NCBI GenBank assembly: GCA_051313645.2
Contig: JBNRSN020000014.1
Location: forward strand, 151,900,001 to 151,964,000
Origin: Centroscyllium fabricii
Lineage: Eukaryota
Reading direction: 5' to 3'
DNA length: 64,000 bases
Of this stretch, positions 11,590 to 23,100 are shown one piece after another. Position 1 is the first letter of the stretch. Each line of letters starts with the position of its first letter. The notes beneath the pieces are model-generated. The model had not been told where the DNA came from, ran no database searches, and saw only the letters and a program-made list of their open reading frames with translations. The position numbers and the translations under genes were made by a program.

Positions 11590-14036
11590 GGATTGACTGA
11601 GGGAGGATTCACTGAGAGAGGATTGACTGAGACAGAACTGACTGAGAGAGGATTGACTGAGGGAGGATTGACTGAGAGAGGATTGACTGAGAGAGAACTG
11701 ACTGAGAGAGGATTGACTGAGAGAAGATTGACTGAGCGAGGATTGACTGAGGGAGGGTTGACTGAGAGAGAACTGACTGAGAGAAGATTGACTGAGGGAG
11801 GATTGACTGAGAGAGGATTGACTGAGGGAGGATTGACTGAGAGAGGATTGACTGAGAGATAACTGACTGAGAGAGGATTGACTGAGAGAGAACTGACTGA
11901 GGGAGGACTGACTGAGAGAGGATTGACTGTGAGAGGAATGACTCAGAGAACTGACTGAGAGAGGACTGACTGAGAGAGGACTGATTGAGAGAGGACTGAC
12001 TGAGAGAGAACTGACTGAGGGAGGAATGACTGAGAGAGGATTGACTAAGAGAGAACTGACGGAGAGAGGACTGAGAGAGGACTGACTGAAAGAGGATTGA
12101 CTGAGCGAGGATTGACTGAGAGAGGATTGACTGAGGGAGGATTGACTGAGAGAGGATTGACTGAGGGAGGATTGACTGGGAGAGTATTGACTGAGAGAGA
12201 ACTGACTGAGAGAATATTGACTGAGGGAGGATTGACTGAGAGAGGATTGACTGAGAGAGGACTGACTGAGAGAGGATTGACTGAGAGAGAACTGACTGAG
12301 AGCGGATTGACAGAGAGGATTGACTGAGAGAGGACTGACTGAGAGAGAACTGACTGAGAGAGGATTGACTGAGGGAGAACTGACTGAGGGAGAACTGACT
12401 GAGAGAGCATTGACTGAGAGAGGACTGACTGAGAGAGGACTGACTGAGAGAGGATTCACTGAGAGAGGATTGACTGAGAGAGGATTGACTGAGAGAGGAT
12501 TGACTGAGGGAGGATTGACTGAGAGAATATTGACTGAGAGAGGACTGACTGAGAGAGGATTGACTAAGGGAGGATTGACTGAGAGTGGATTGACTGAGAG
12601 AGGATTGACTGAGAGAACTGGCTGAGAGAGAACTGACTGAGCGATGATTGACTGAGAGAGGATTGACTGAGAGAGGATTGACTGAGAGAGGATTGACTGA
12701 GAGAGGATCGACTGAGAGAACTGGCTGAGAGAGATCTGACTGAGAGAGGATTGACTGAGAGCGGATTGACTGAGAGAACTGACTGAGAGAGGACTGACTG
12801 AGAGAGAATTGACTGAGAGAACTGACTGAGAGAGAAAAGACTGAGAGCGGATTGACTGAGAGAGTATTGACTAAGAGACGATTGACTGAGAGAGGATTGA
12901 CTGAGAGAGGACTGACTGAGTGAGAACTGACTGAGAGAAGATTGACTGAGAGAGGATTGACTGAGAGAGGATTGACTGAGAGAGGATTGACTGAGAGAAA
13001 ACTGACTGAGAGAGGATTGACTGAGAGAGGATAGACTGAGAGAGGATTGACTGAGAGAGGATTGACTGAGAGAGGATTGACTGAGAGTGGATTGACTGAG
13101 GGAGAACTGACTGAGAGAGCATTGACTGAGAGAGGACAGACTGAGAGAGGACTGACTGAGAGAGGATTGACTGAGAGAGGATTGACTGAGAGTGGATTGA
13201 CTGAGGGAGGATTGACTGAGAGAATATTGACTGAGAGATGACTGACTGAGAGAAGATTGACTGATGGAGGATTGACTGAGAGAGGATTGACTGAAAGAGG
13301 ATTGACTGAGAGAGGATTGACTGAGAGAGGATTGATTGAGAGAGGATTGACTGAGAGAGGATTGACTGAGAGAGGATTGACTGAGAGAACTGGCTGAGAG
13401 AGAACTGACTGAGAGAGGATTGACTGAGAGAGGATTGACTGAGAGTGCATTGACTGAGAGAACTGACTGAGAGAGAACTGACTGAGAGAGGATTGACTGA
13501 GAGAAGATTGACTGAGAGAACTGACTGAGAGAGGATTGACTGAGAGAGGAATGACTGAGAGAGGATTGACTGAGAGAAAACTGCCTGAGAGAGGATTGAC
13601 TGAGGGAGGATTGACTGAGGGAGGATTGACTGAGAGAGAACTGACTGAGAGATGACTGACTGAGGGAGGTTTGACTGAGAGAGAACTGACTGAGAGAGTA
13701 TTTACTGAGGGAGGATTGACTGCGGGAGGATTGACTGAGGCAGGATTGACTGAGGGAGGATTGACTGAGAGAGGATTGACTGAGAGAGAACTGACTGAGG
13801 GAGAATTGACTGAGAGAGAACTGATTGAGAGAGAACTGACTGAGAGGAGATTGACTGAGAGAGAACTGACTGAGGGAGGACTGACTGAGAGAGGATTGAC
13901 TGAGAGAGGATTGACTGAGGGAGGATTGACTGAGAGAGGATTGACTGAGGGAGGATTGACTGAGAGAAGATTGACTGAGAGAGAACTGACTGAGAGAGGA
14001 TTGAATGAGAGAGGATTGACTGAGGGAGGATTGACT

Positions 14037-14370
14037 CATATTAATATCATATGTCTGGGAGAAACACCAAAACTTCTCGAGTTAGCTGCAGAAGACGTGA
14101 CAGCATGCCATGACGCAAGAGAACACTTGAACATTGGACATCCCAGTCCCAATCAGATCACAGTTAAACCACTGTGACAAACTGCGTTTAAACTATATAT
14201 CTCTTAATATAATTACGGATGCTGTTATATATATTCTGTTTGTACTGTTGTTATTATATCTATTAATATACTATTTTTTAATGTATATTACAATGCTTTG
14301 GCAACAAAGGTTGATAACATTCATGCCAATAAATCTTTTTGAATTTGAATTTGAATTTGAATTTGAATTT
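14037..14370 (+). mobile_element. Same RTEX-like 3' fragment, copy 2 (duplicated with the array)
   Basis: Same sequence, junctions and tail length as 11256-11589. Confidence 0.88.
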
Positions 14371-16976
14371 GGATTGACTGAGGGAGGATTCACTGAGAGA
14401 GGATTGACTGAGACAGAACTGACTGAGAGAGGATTGACTGAGGGAGGATTGACTGAGAGAGGATTGACTGAGAGAGAACTGACTGAGAGAGGATTGACTG
14501 AGAGAAGATTGACTGAGCGAGGATTGACTGAGGGAGGGTTGACTGAGAGAGAACTGACTGAGAGAAGATTGACTGAGGGAGGATTGACTGAGAGAGGATT
14601 GACTGAGGGAGGATTGACTGAGAGAGGATTGACTGAGAGATAACTGACTGAGAGAGGATTGACTGAGAGAGAACTGACTGAGGGAGGACTGACTGAGAGA
14701 GGATTGACTGTGAGAGGAATGACTCAGAGAACTGACTGAGAGAGGACTGACTGAGAGAGGACTGATTGAGAGAGGACTGACTGAGAGAGAACTGACTGAG
14801 GGAGGAATGACTGAGAGAGGATTGACTAAGAGAGAACTGACGGAGAGAGGACTGAGAGAGGACTGACTGAAAGAGGATTGACTGAGCGAGGATTGACTGA
14901 GAGAGGATTGACTGAGGGAGGATTGACTGAGAGAGGATTGACTGAGGGAGGATTGACTGAGAGAGTATTGACTGAGAGAGAACTGACTGAGAGAATATTG
15001 ACTGAGGGAGGATTGACTGAGAGAGGATTGACTGAGAGAGGACTGACTGAGAGAGGATTGACTGAGAGAGAACTGACTGAGAGCGGATTGACAGAGAGGA
15101 TTGACTGAGAGAGGACTGACTGAGAGAGAACTGACTGAGAGAGGATTGACTGAGGGAGAACTGACTGAGGGAGAACTGACTGAGAGAGCATTGACTGAGA
15201 GAGGACTGACTGAGAGAGGACTGACTGAGAGAGGATTCACTGAGAGAGGATTGACTGAGAGAGGATTGACTGAGAGAGGATTGACTGAGGGAGGATTGAC
15301 TGAGAGAATATTGACTGAGAGAGGACTGACTGAGAGAGGATTGACTAAGGGAGGATTGACTGAGAGTGGATTGACTGAGAGAGGATTGACTGAGAGAACT
15401 GGCTGAGAGAGAACTGACTGAGCGATGATTGACTGAGAGAGGATTGACTGAGAGAGGATTGACTGAGAGAGGATTGACTGAGAGAGGATCGACTGAGAGA
15501 ACTGGCTGAGAGAGATCTGACTGAGAGAGGATTGACTGAGAGCGGATTGACTGAGAGAACTGACTGAGAGAGGACTGACTGAGAGAGGATTGACTGAGAG
15601 AACTGACTGAGAGAGAAAAGTCTGAGAGCGGATTGACTGAGAGAGTATTGACTAAGAGACGATTGACTGAGAGAGGATTGACTGAGAGAGGACTGACTGA
15701 GTGAGAACTGACTGAGAGAAGATTGACTGAGAGAGGATTGACTGAGAGAGGATTGACTGAGAGAGGATTGACTGAGAGAAAACTGACTGAGAGAGGATTG
15801 ACTGAGAGAGGATAGACTGAGAGAGGATTGACTGAGAGAGGATTGACTGAGAGAGGATTGACTGAGAGTGGATTGACTGAGGGAGAACTGACTGAGAGAG
15901 CATTGACTGAGAGAGGACAGACTGAGAGAGGACTGACTGAGAGAGGATTGACTGAGAGAGGATTGACTGAGAGTGGATTGACTGAGGGAGGATTGACTGA
16001 GAGAATATTGACTGAGAGATGACTGACTGAGAGAAGATTGACTGATGGAGGATTGACTGAGAGAGGATTGACTGAAAGAGGATTGACTGAGAGAGGATTG
16101 ACTGAGAGAGGATTGACTGAGAGAGGATTGACTGAGAGAGGATTGACTGAGAGAGGATTGACTGAGAGAACTGGCTGAGAGAGAACTGACTGAGAGAGGA
16201 TTGACTGAGAGAGGATTGACTGAGAGTGCATTGACTGAGAGAACTGACTGAGAGAGAACTGACTGAGAGAGGATTGACTGAGAGAGGATTGACTGAGAGA
16301 ACTGACTGAGAGAGGATTGACTGAGAGAGGAATGACTGAGAGAGGATTGACTGAGAGAAAACTGCCTGAGAGAGGATTGACTGAGAGAGGATTGACTGAG
16401 AGAGGATTGACTGAGGGAGGATTGACTGAGGGAGGATTGACTGAGAGAGAACTGACTGAGAGATGACTGACTGAGGGAGGTTTGACTGAGAGAGAACTGA
16501 CTGAGAGAGTATTTACTGAGGGAGGATTGACTGCGGGAGGATTGACTGAGGCAGGATTGACTGAGGGAGGATTGACTGAGAGAGGATTGACTGAGAGAGA
16601 ACTGACTGAGGGAGAATTGACTGAGAGAGAACTGACTGAGAGAGAACTGACTGAGAGGAGATTGACTGAGAGAGAACTGACTGAGGGAGGACTGACCGAG
16701 AGAGGATTGACTGAGAGAGGATTGACTGAGGGAGGATTGACTGAGAGAGGATTGACTGAGGGAGGATTGACTGAGAGAAGATTGACTGAGAGAGAACTGA
16801 CTGAGAGAGGATTGAATGAGAGAGGATTGACTGAGGGAGGATTGACTCATATTAATATCATATGTCTGGGAGAAACACCAAAACTTCTCGAGTTAGCTGC
16901 AGAAGACGTGACAGCATGCCATGACGCAAGAGAACACTTGAACATTGGACATCCCAGTCCCAATCAGATCACAGTT

Positions 16977-17845
16977 ACATAGATACATAGATACATAGAT
17001 GATAGGAGCAGGAGTAGGCTATTCGGCCCTTCGAGCCTGCTCCGCCATTCAATGAGATCATGGCTGATCCTTCAGTTCAGTATCCCGTCCCTGCCTTCTC
17101 TCCGTAACCTTTAACCCCTTTTGCCTGCAGAAATATATCTAATTCCCTCTTAAATATATTTAATGAGCTGGCGTCCACTGCCCTCTGTGGCAGTGAGTTC
17201 CACAGGTTCACCACTCTCTGGGTGAAGAAATTCCTCCTCATCTCTGTCCTAAATGGTTTAGCCCTTATCCTTAAACTGTGTCCCCTAGTTCTGTACTCTC
17301 CTGCCATCGGAAACATTCCTTCTGCATCTAGTCTGTCCAGGCCTGTCAGAATTTTATATGTTTCTATGAGATCCCCTCTCAATCTTCTAAACTCCAGTGT
17401 GTACATCCCCAAACTACATAGTCTCTCCTCATAGGTCATTCCTGCCATTCCTGGTATCAGCCTGGTGAATCGCCGCTGCACTCCCTCCATGGCAAGAACA
17501 TCCTTCCTCAGATGAGGCGACCAAAACTGCACACAGTACTCGAGGTGTGGTCTCACCAGTGCCCTGTACAGCTGTAGTAAGGTGTCCTTGTTCCTGTATT
17601 CCAACCCTTTTGATATGAAGGCCAGCATACCATTTGCCTTCCTGACCGCCTGTTGCACCTGCATGCTCGCCTTCAATGACTGGTGCACAAGAACACCCAG
17701 GTCTCTCTGTACCTCCCCATCTCCCAATCTATTGCCATTTAAATAATAATTTGCCCTCCTGTTTTTGCCCCCAAGGTGGATAACTTCACACTTATCCACA
17801 TTATAGTGCATTTGCCATGTATCCGCCCAGTCCCCCAATTTGTCC
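16977..17845 (-). mobile_element. CR1-clade LINE, 5'-truncated (869 bp)
   Basis: ORF2 C-terminus followed by a short 3' UTR with inverted repeat GGAGCAGG/CCTGCTCC (17005-17012, 17036-17043) and an (ATCTATGT)3 octamer tail; no TSD of more than 1 bp relative to the uninterrupted copies. Confidence 0.93.
17077..17845 (-). pseudogene. CR1 ORF2 C-terminal fragment (end of RT to stop), open frame
   Basis: WQMHYNVDKC, RDLGVLV, LVRPHLEYCVQFWSP, EGVQRRFTR, RRLRGDLIETYK, TRGH, FFTQRVVNLWNSLP. Confidence 0.93.
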
Positions 17846-20149
17846 AAACCACTGTGACAAACTGCGTTTAAACTATATATCTCTTAATATAATTACGGAT
17901 GCTGTTATATATATTCTGTTTGTACTGTTGTTATTATGTCTATTAATATACTATTTTTTAATGTATATTACAATGCTTTGGCAACAAAGGTTGATAACAT
18001 TCATGCCAATAAATCTTTTTGAATTTGAATTTGAATTTGAATTTGAATTTGGATTGACTGAGGGAGGATTCACTGAGAGAGGATTGACTGAGACAGAACT
18101 GACTGAGAGAGGATTGACTGAGGGAGGATTGACTGAGAGAGGATTGACTGAGAGAGAACTGACTGAGAGAGGATTGACTGAGAGAAGATTGACTGAGCGA
18201 GGATTGACTGAGGGAGGGTTGACTGAGAGAGAACTGACTGAGAGAAGATTGACTGAGGGAGGATTGACTGAGAGAGGATTGACTGAGGGAGGATTGACTG
18301 AGAGAGGATTGACTGAGAGATAACTGACTGAGAGAGGATTGACTGAGAGAGAACTGACTGAGGGAGGACTGACTGAGAGAGGATTGACTGTGAGAGGAAT
18401 GACTCAGAGAACTGACTGAGAGAGGACTGACTGAGAGAGGACTGATTGAGAGAGGACTGACTGAGAGAGAACTGACTGAGGGAGGAATGACTGAGAGAGG
18501 ATTGACTAAGAGAGAACTGACGGAGAGAGGACTGAGAGAGGACTGACTGAAAGAGGATTGACTGAGCGAGGATTGACTGAGAGAGGATTGACTGAGGGAG
18601 GATTGACTGAGAGAGGATTGACTGAGGGAGGATTGACTGAGAGAGTATTGACTGAGAGAGAACTGACTGAGAGAATATTGACTGAGGGAGGATTGACAGA
18701 GAGAGGATTGACTGAGAGAGGACTGACTGAGAGAGGATTGACTGAGAGAGAACTGACTGAGAGCGGATTGACAGAGAGGATTGACTGAGAGAGGACTGAC
18801 TGAGAGAGAACTGACAGAGAGAGGATTGACTGAGGGAGAACTGACTGAGGGAGAACTGACTGAGAGAGCATTGACTGAGAGAGGACTGACTGAGAGAGGA
18901 CTGACTGAGAGAGGATTCACTGAGAGAGGATTGACTGAGAGAGGATTGACTGAGAGAGGATTGACTGAGGGAGGATTGACTGAGAGAATATTGACTGAGA
19001 GAGGACTGACTGAGAGAGGATTGACTAAGGGAGGATTGACTGAGAGTGGATTGACTGAGAGAGGATTGACTGAGAGAACTGGCTGAGAGAGTACTGACTG
19101 AGCGATGATTGACTGAGAGAGGATTGACTGAGAGAGGATTGACTGAGAGAGGATTGACTGAGAGAGGATCGACTGAGAGAACTGGCTGAGAGAGATCTGA
19201 CTGAGAGAGGATTGACTGAGAGCGGATTGACTGAGAGAACTGACTGAGAGAGGACTGACTGAGAGAGGATTGACTGAGAGAACTGACTGAGAGAGAAAAG
19301 ACTGAGAGCGGATTGACTGAGAGAGTATTGACTAAGAGACGATTGACTGAGAGAGGATTGACTGAGAGAGGACTGACTGAGTGAGAACTGACTGAGAGAA
19401 GATTGACTGAGAGAGGATTGACTGAGAGAGGATTGACTGAGAGAGGATTGACTGAGAGAAAACTGACTGAGAGAGGATTGACTGAGAGAGGATAGACTGA
19501 GAGAGGATTGACTGAGAGAGGATTGTCTGAGAGGGGATTGACTCAGAGAACCGACTGACAGAGGACTGACTGAGAGAGGACTGATTGAGAGAGGACTGAC
19601 TGACAGAGAACTGACTGAGAGAGGATTGACTGAAAGAGGATTGACTGAGCGAGGATTGACTGAGAGAGGATTGACTGAGAGAGGATTGACTGAGAGAGGA
19701 TTGACTGAGGGAGGATTGACTGAGAGAGGATTGACTGAATGAGGATTGACTGAGAGAGGATTGACTGAGAGAGAACTGACTGAGAGAAGATTGACTGCGG
19801 GAGGATTGACTGAGAGAGGATTGTCTGAGGGAGGACTGACTGAGAGAGGACTGACTGAGAGAGGATTGACTGAGGGAGGATTGACTGAGAGAGAACTGAC
19901 TGAGAGAGGATTGACTGAGGGAGGATTGACTGAGAGAGGATTGACTGAGAGAGGACTGACTGAGAGAGGATTGACTGAGAGAGAACTGACTGAGAGAGGA
20001 TTGACTGAGAGAGGATTGACTGATAGAGGACTGACTGAGGGAGGACTGACTGAGAGAGGATTGACTGAGAAATAACTGACTGAGAGGATTGACTGAGGGA
20101 GAACTGACTGAGGGAGAACTGATTGAGAGAGGATTGACTGAGGGAGAAC

Positions 20150-23100
20150 TCACTGAGAGAGAACAGACTGAGAGAGAACTGACTGAGAGAGGATTGACTG
20201 AGAGGATTGACTGCGAGAGGACTGACTGAGAGAGGACTGTCTGAGGGAGGATTCACTGAGGGAGGATTGATGAGGGAGGATTGACTGAGAGAGGATTGAC
20301 TGAGAGAGTGCTGACTGAGAGAGGACTGACTGAGAGAGGATTGACTGAGAGAGGATTGACTGAGAGAGGATTGCCTGAGAGAGGATTGCCTGAGGGAGGA
20401 TTGACTGAGAGAGGATTGACTGAGGGATGATTGAATGAGAGAGGATTGACTGAGGGAGGATTGACTGAGAGAGAACTGACTCAGAGAGAATTGACTGAGG
20501 GAGGATTGACTGAGATAGGATTGACTGAGAGAGAACTGACTGAGAGAGGATTGACTGAGGGAGGAATGACTGAGAGAGGATTGACTGAGAGAGAACTGAC
20601 TGAGAGAGGATTGACTGAGAGAGGATTGACTGAGAGAGGACTGACTGAGGGAGGATTGACTGAGAGAGAACTGACTGAGAGAGGATTTACTGAGGGATGA
20701 TTGACTGAGAGAGGATTGACTGAGGGAGGATTGACTGAGAGAGAACTGACTGAGATAGGATTGACTGAGGGAGGATTGACTGAGTGAAGATTGACTGAGA
20801 GAGGACTGACTGAGAGAGGACTGACTGAGAGAGGATTGACTGAGAGAGAACTGACTGAGAGATGATTGACTGAGAGAGGATTGACTGATAGAGGACTGAC
20901 TGAGGGAGGACTGACTGAGAGAGGATTGACTAAGAGAGAACTGACGGAGAGAGGACTGAGAGAGGACTGACTGAGAGAGGATTGACTGAGCGAGGATTGA
21001 CTGAGAGAGCATTGACTGAGAGAAGATTGACTGATGGAGGATTGACTGAGAGAGGATTGACTGAGGGAGGACTGACTGAGAGAGGACTGACTGAGAGAGG
21101 ATTGACTGAGGGAGGATTGACTGAGAGAGAACTGACTGAGAGAGGATTGACTGTGGGAGGATTGACTGAGAGAGGATTGACTGAGAGAGGACTGACTGAG
21201 AGAGAATTGACTGAGAGAGAACTGACTGAGAGAGGTTTGACTGAGAGAGGATTGACTGATAGAGGACTGACTGAGGGACGACTGACTGAGAGAGGATTGA
21301 CTGAGAAATAACTGACTGAGAGGATTGACTGAGGGAGAACTCACTGAGAGAGAACAGACAGAGAGAGAACTGACTGAGAGAGGATTGACTGAGAGAGGAT
21401 TGACTGCGAGAGGACTGACTGAGAGAGAACTGACTGAGGGAGGATTGACTGACGGAGGATTGACTGAGGGAGGATTGACTGAGAGAGGATTGACTGAGAG
21501 AGGACTGACTGAGAGAGGATTGACTGAGAGAGGATTGACTGAGAGAAGACTGACTGAGAGAGGACTGACTGAGAGAGGATTGACTGAGAGAGGATTGACT
21601 GAGAGAGGATTGACTGAGGGAGGATTGAATGAGAGAGGATTGACTGAGAGAGAATTGACTGAGAGAGGATTGACTGAGGGAGGAATGACTGAGAGAGGAT
21701 TGACTGAGAGAAGATTGACTGAGAGAAGATTGACTGAGTGAGGAATGACTGAGGGAGGATTGACTGAGAGAGAACTGACAGAGAGGATTTACTGAGGGAG
21801 GATTGACTGAGAGAGGAATGACTGAGAGAGGATTGACTGAGAGAGAACTGACTGAGAGAGGATTGACTGAGGGAGAATTGACTGAGAGAGAACAGACTGA
21901 GAGAGAACTGACTGAGAGAGGATTGACTGAGAGAGAACTGACTGAGAAAGGACTGACTGAGAGAGGATTGACTGAGAGAGGATTGACTGAGGGAGGATTG
22001 AATGAGAGAGGATTGACTGAGGGAGGATTGACTGAGAGAAAATTGACTGAGAGAGAACTGACTGAGAGAGGATTGACTGAGGGAGGATTGACTGAGATGG
22101 GATTGTCTCAGAGAGCATTGACTGAAGGAGGATTGAATGAGAGAGGATTGACTGAGGGAGGATTAACTGAGGGAGAACTGACTGAGGGAGAACTGACTGA
22201 GAGAGGATTGACTGAGGGAGGATTGACTGAGAGAGAACTGACTGAGAGAGGATTGACTGAGGGAGGACTGACTGAGAGAGAATTGACTGACAGAGGACTG
22301 ACTGAGAGAGGATTGACTGAGAGAGAACTGACTGAGAGAGGATTGACTGAGAGAGGATTGACAGAGAGAGAACTGACTGAGAGAGGATTTACTGAGAGAG
22401 GATTGACTGAGGGAGGATTGACTGAGAGAGGATTGACTGAGAGTGGACTGACGGAGAGAGGATTGACTGAGGGAGGATTGACTGAGAGAGGATTGACTGA
22501 GAGTGGACTGACGGAGGGAGGATTGACTGAGGGAGGATTGACTGAGAGAGGATTGACTGACAGAGAACTGACTGAGTGAGGATTGACTGAGGGAGTTTTG
22601 ACTGAGAGAGGATTGACTGAGGGAGGATTGACTGAGAGGGAACTGACTGAGAGAGGATTGACTGAGAGAAGATTGACTGAGGGAGGATTGACTGAGGGAG
22701 GATTGACTGAGAGAGGATTGACTGAGGGAGGATTGACTGAGAGAGAACTGACAGAGAGGATTGACTGAGAGAAGATTGACTGAGAGAAGATCGACTGAGA
22801 GAGGATTGACTGAGGGAGGATTGACTGAGGGAGGATTGACTGAGAGAGGATTGACTGAGAGAGAACTGACTGAGAGAGTATTGACTGAGGGAGGATTGAC
22901 TGAGAGAGTATTGACTGAGAGAGAACTGACTGAGAGAGGATTGATTGAGGGAGGATTGACTGAGAGATGATTGACTGAGGGAGGATTGACTGAGGGAGGA
23001 TTGACTGAGAGAGAACTGACTGAGAGAGGATTGATTGAGGGAGGATTTACTGAGAGATGATTGGCTGAGGGAGGATTGACTGAGAGAGGATTGACTGAGA

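Larger units (their letters stand above)
16848..18050 (+). mobile_element. Same RTEX-like 3' fragment, copy 3, split by a CR1 insertion
   Basis: 16848-16976 plus 17846-18050 reconstitute the 334-bp fragment; one visible substitution (17938). Confidence 0.88.
10270..19520. repeat. Three tandem copies of a ~2.8-kb higher-order unit (boundaries approximate)
   Basis: LINE fragment starts at 11256, 14037, 16848 (spacings 2781, 2811); near-identical ORF-track entries at 10890/13671/16482 and 12320/15101/18781. Confidence 0.92.

Noticed and set aside
11353-11862. Hydrophobic transmembrane-like ORF with FEFEFE (also 14134 and 17817)
   Set aside because: Translation of an AT-rich LINE 3' UTR and (TTTGAA)n tail.
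16951-17839. Similarity of CCCAGTCCCAAT (~16953) to CCCAGTCCCCCAAT (~17826) as a TSD
   Set aside because: The second copy is CR1 coding sequence (KLGDWAD) and neither abuts the junctions; probably chance, at most incidental microhomology.
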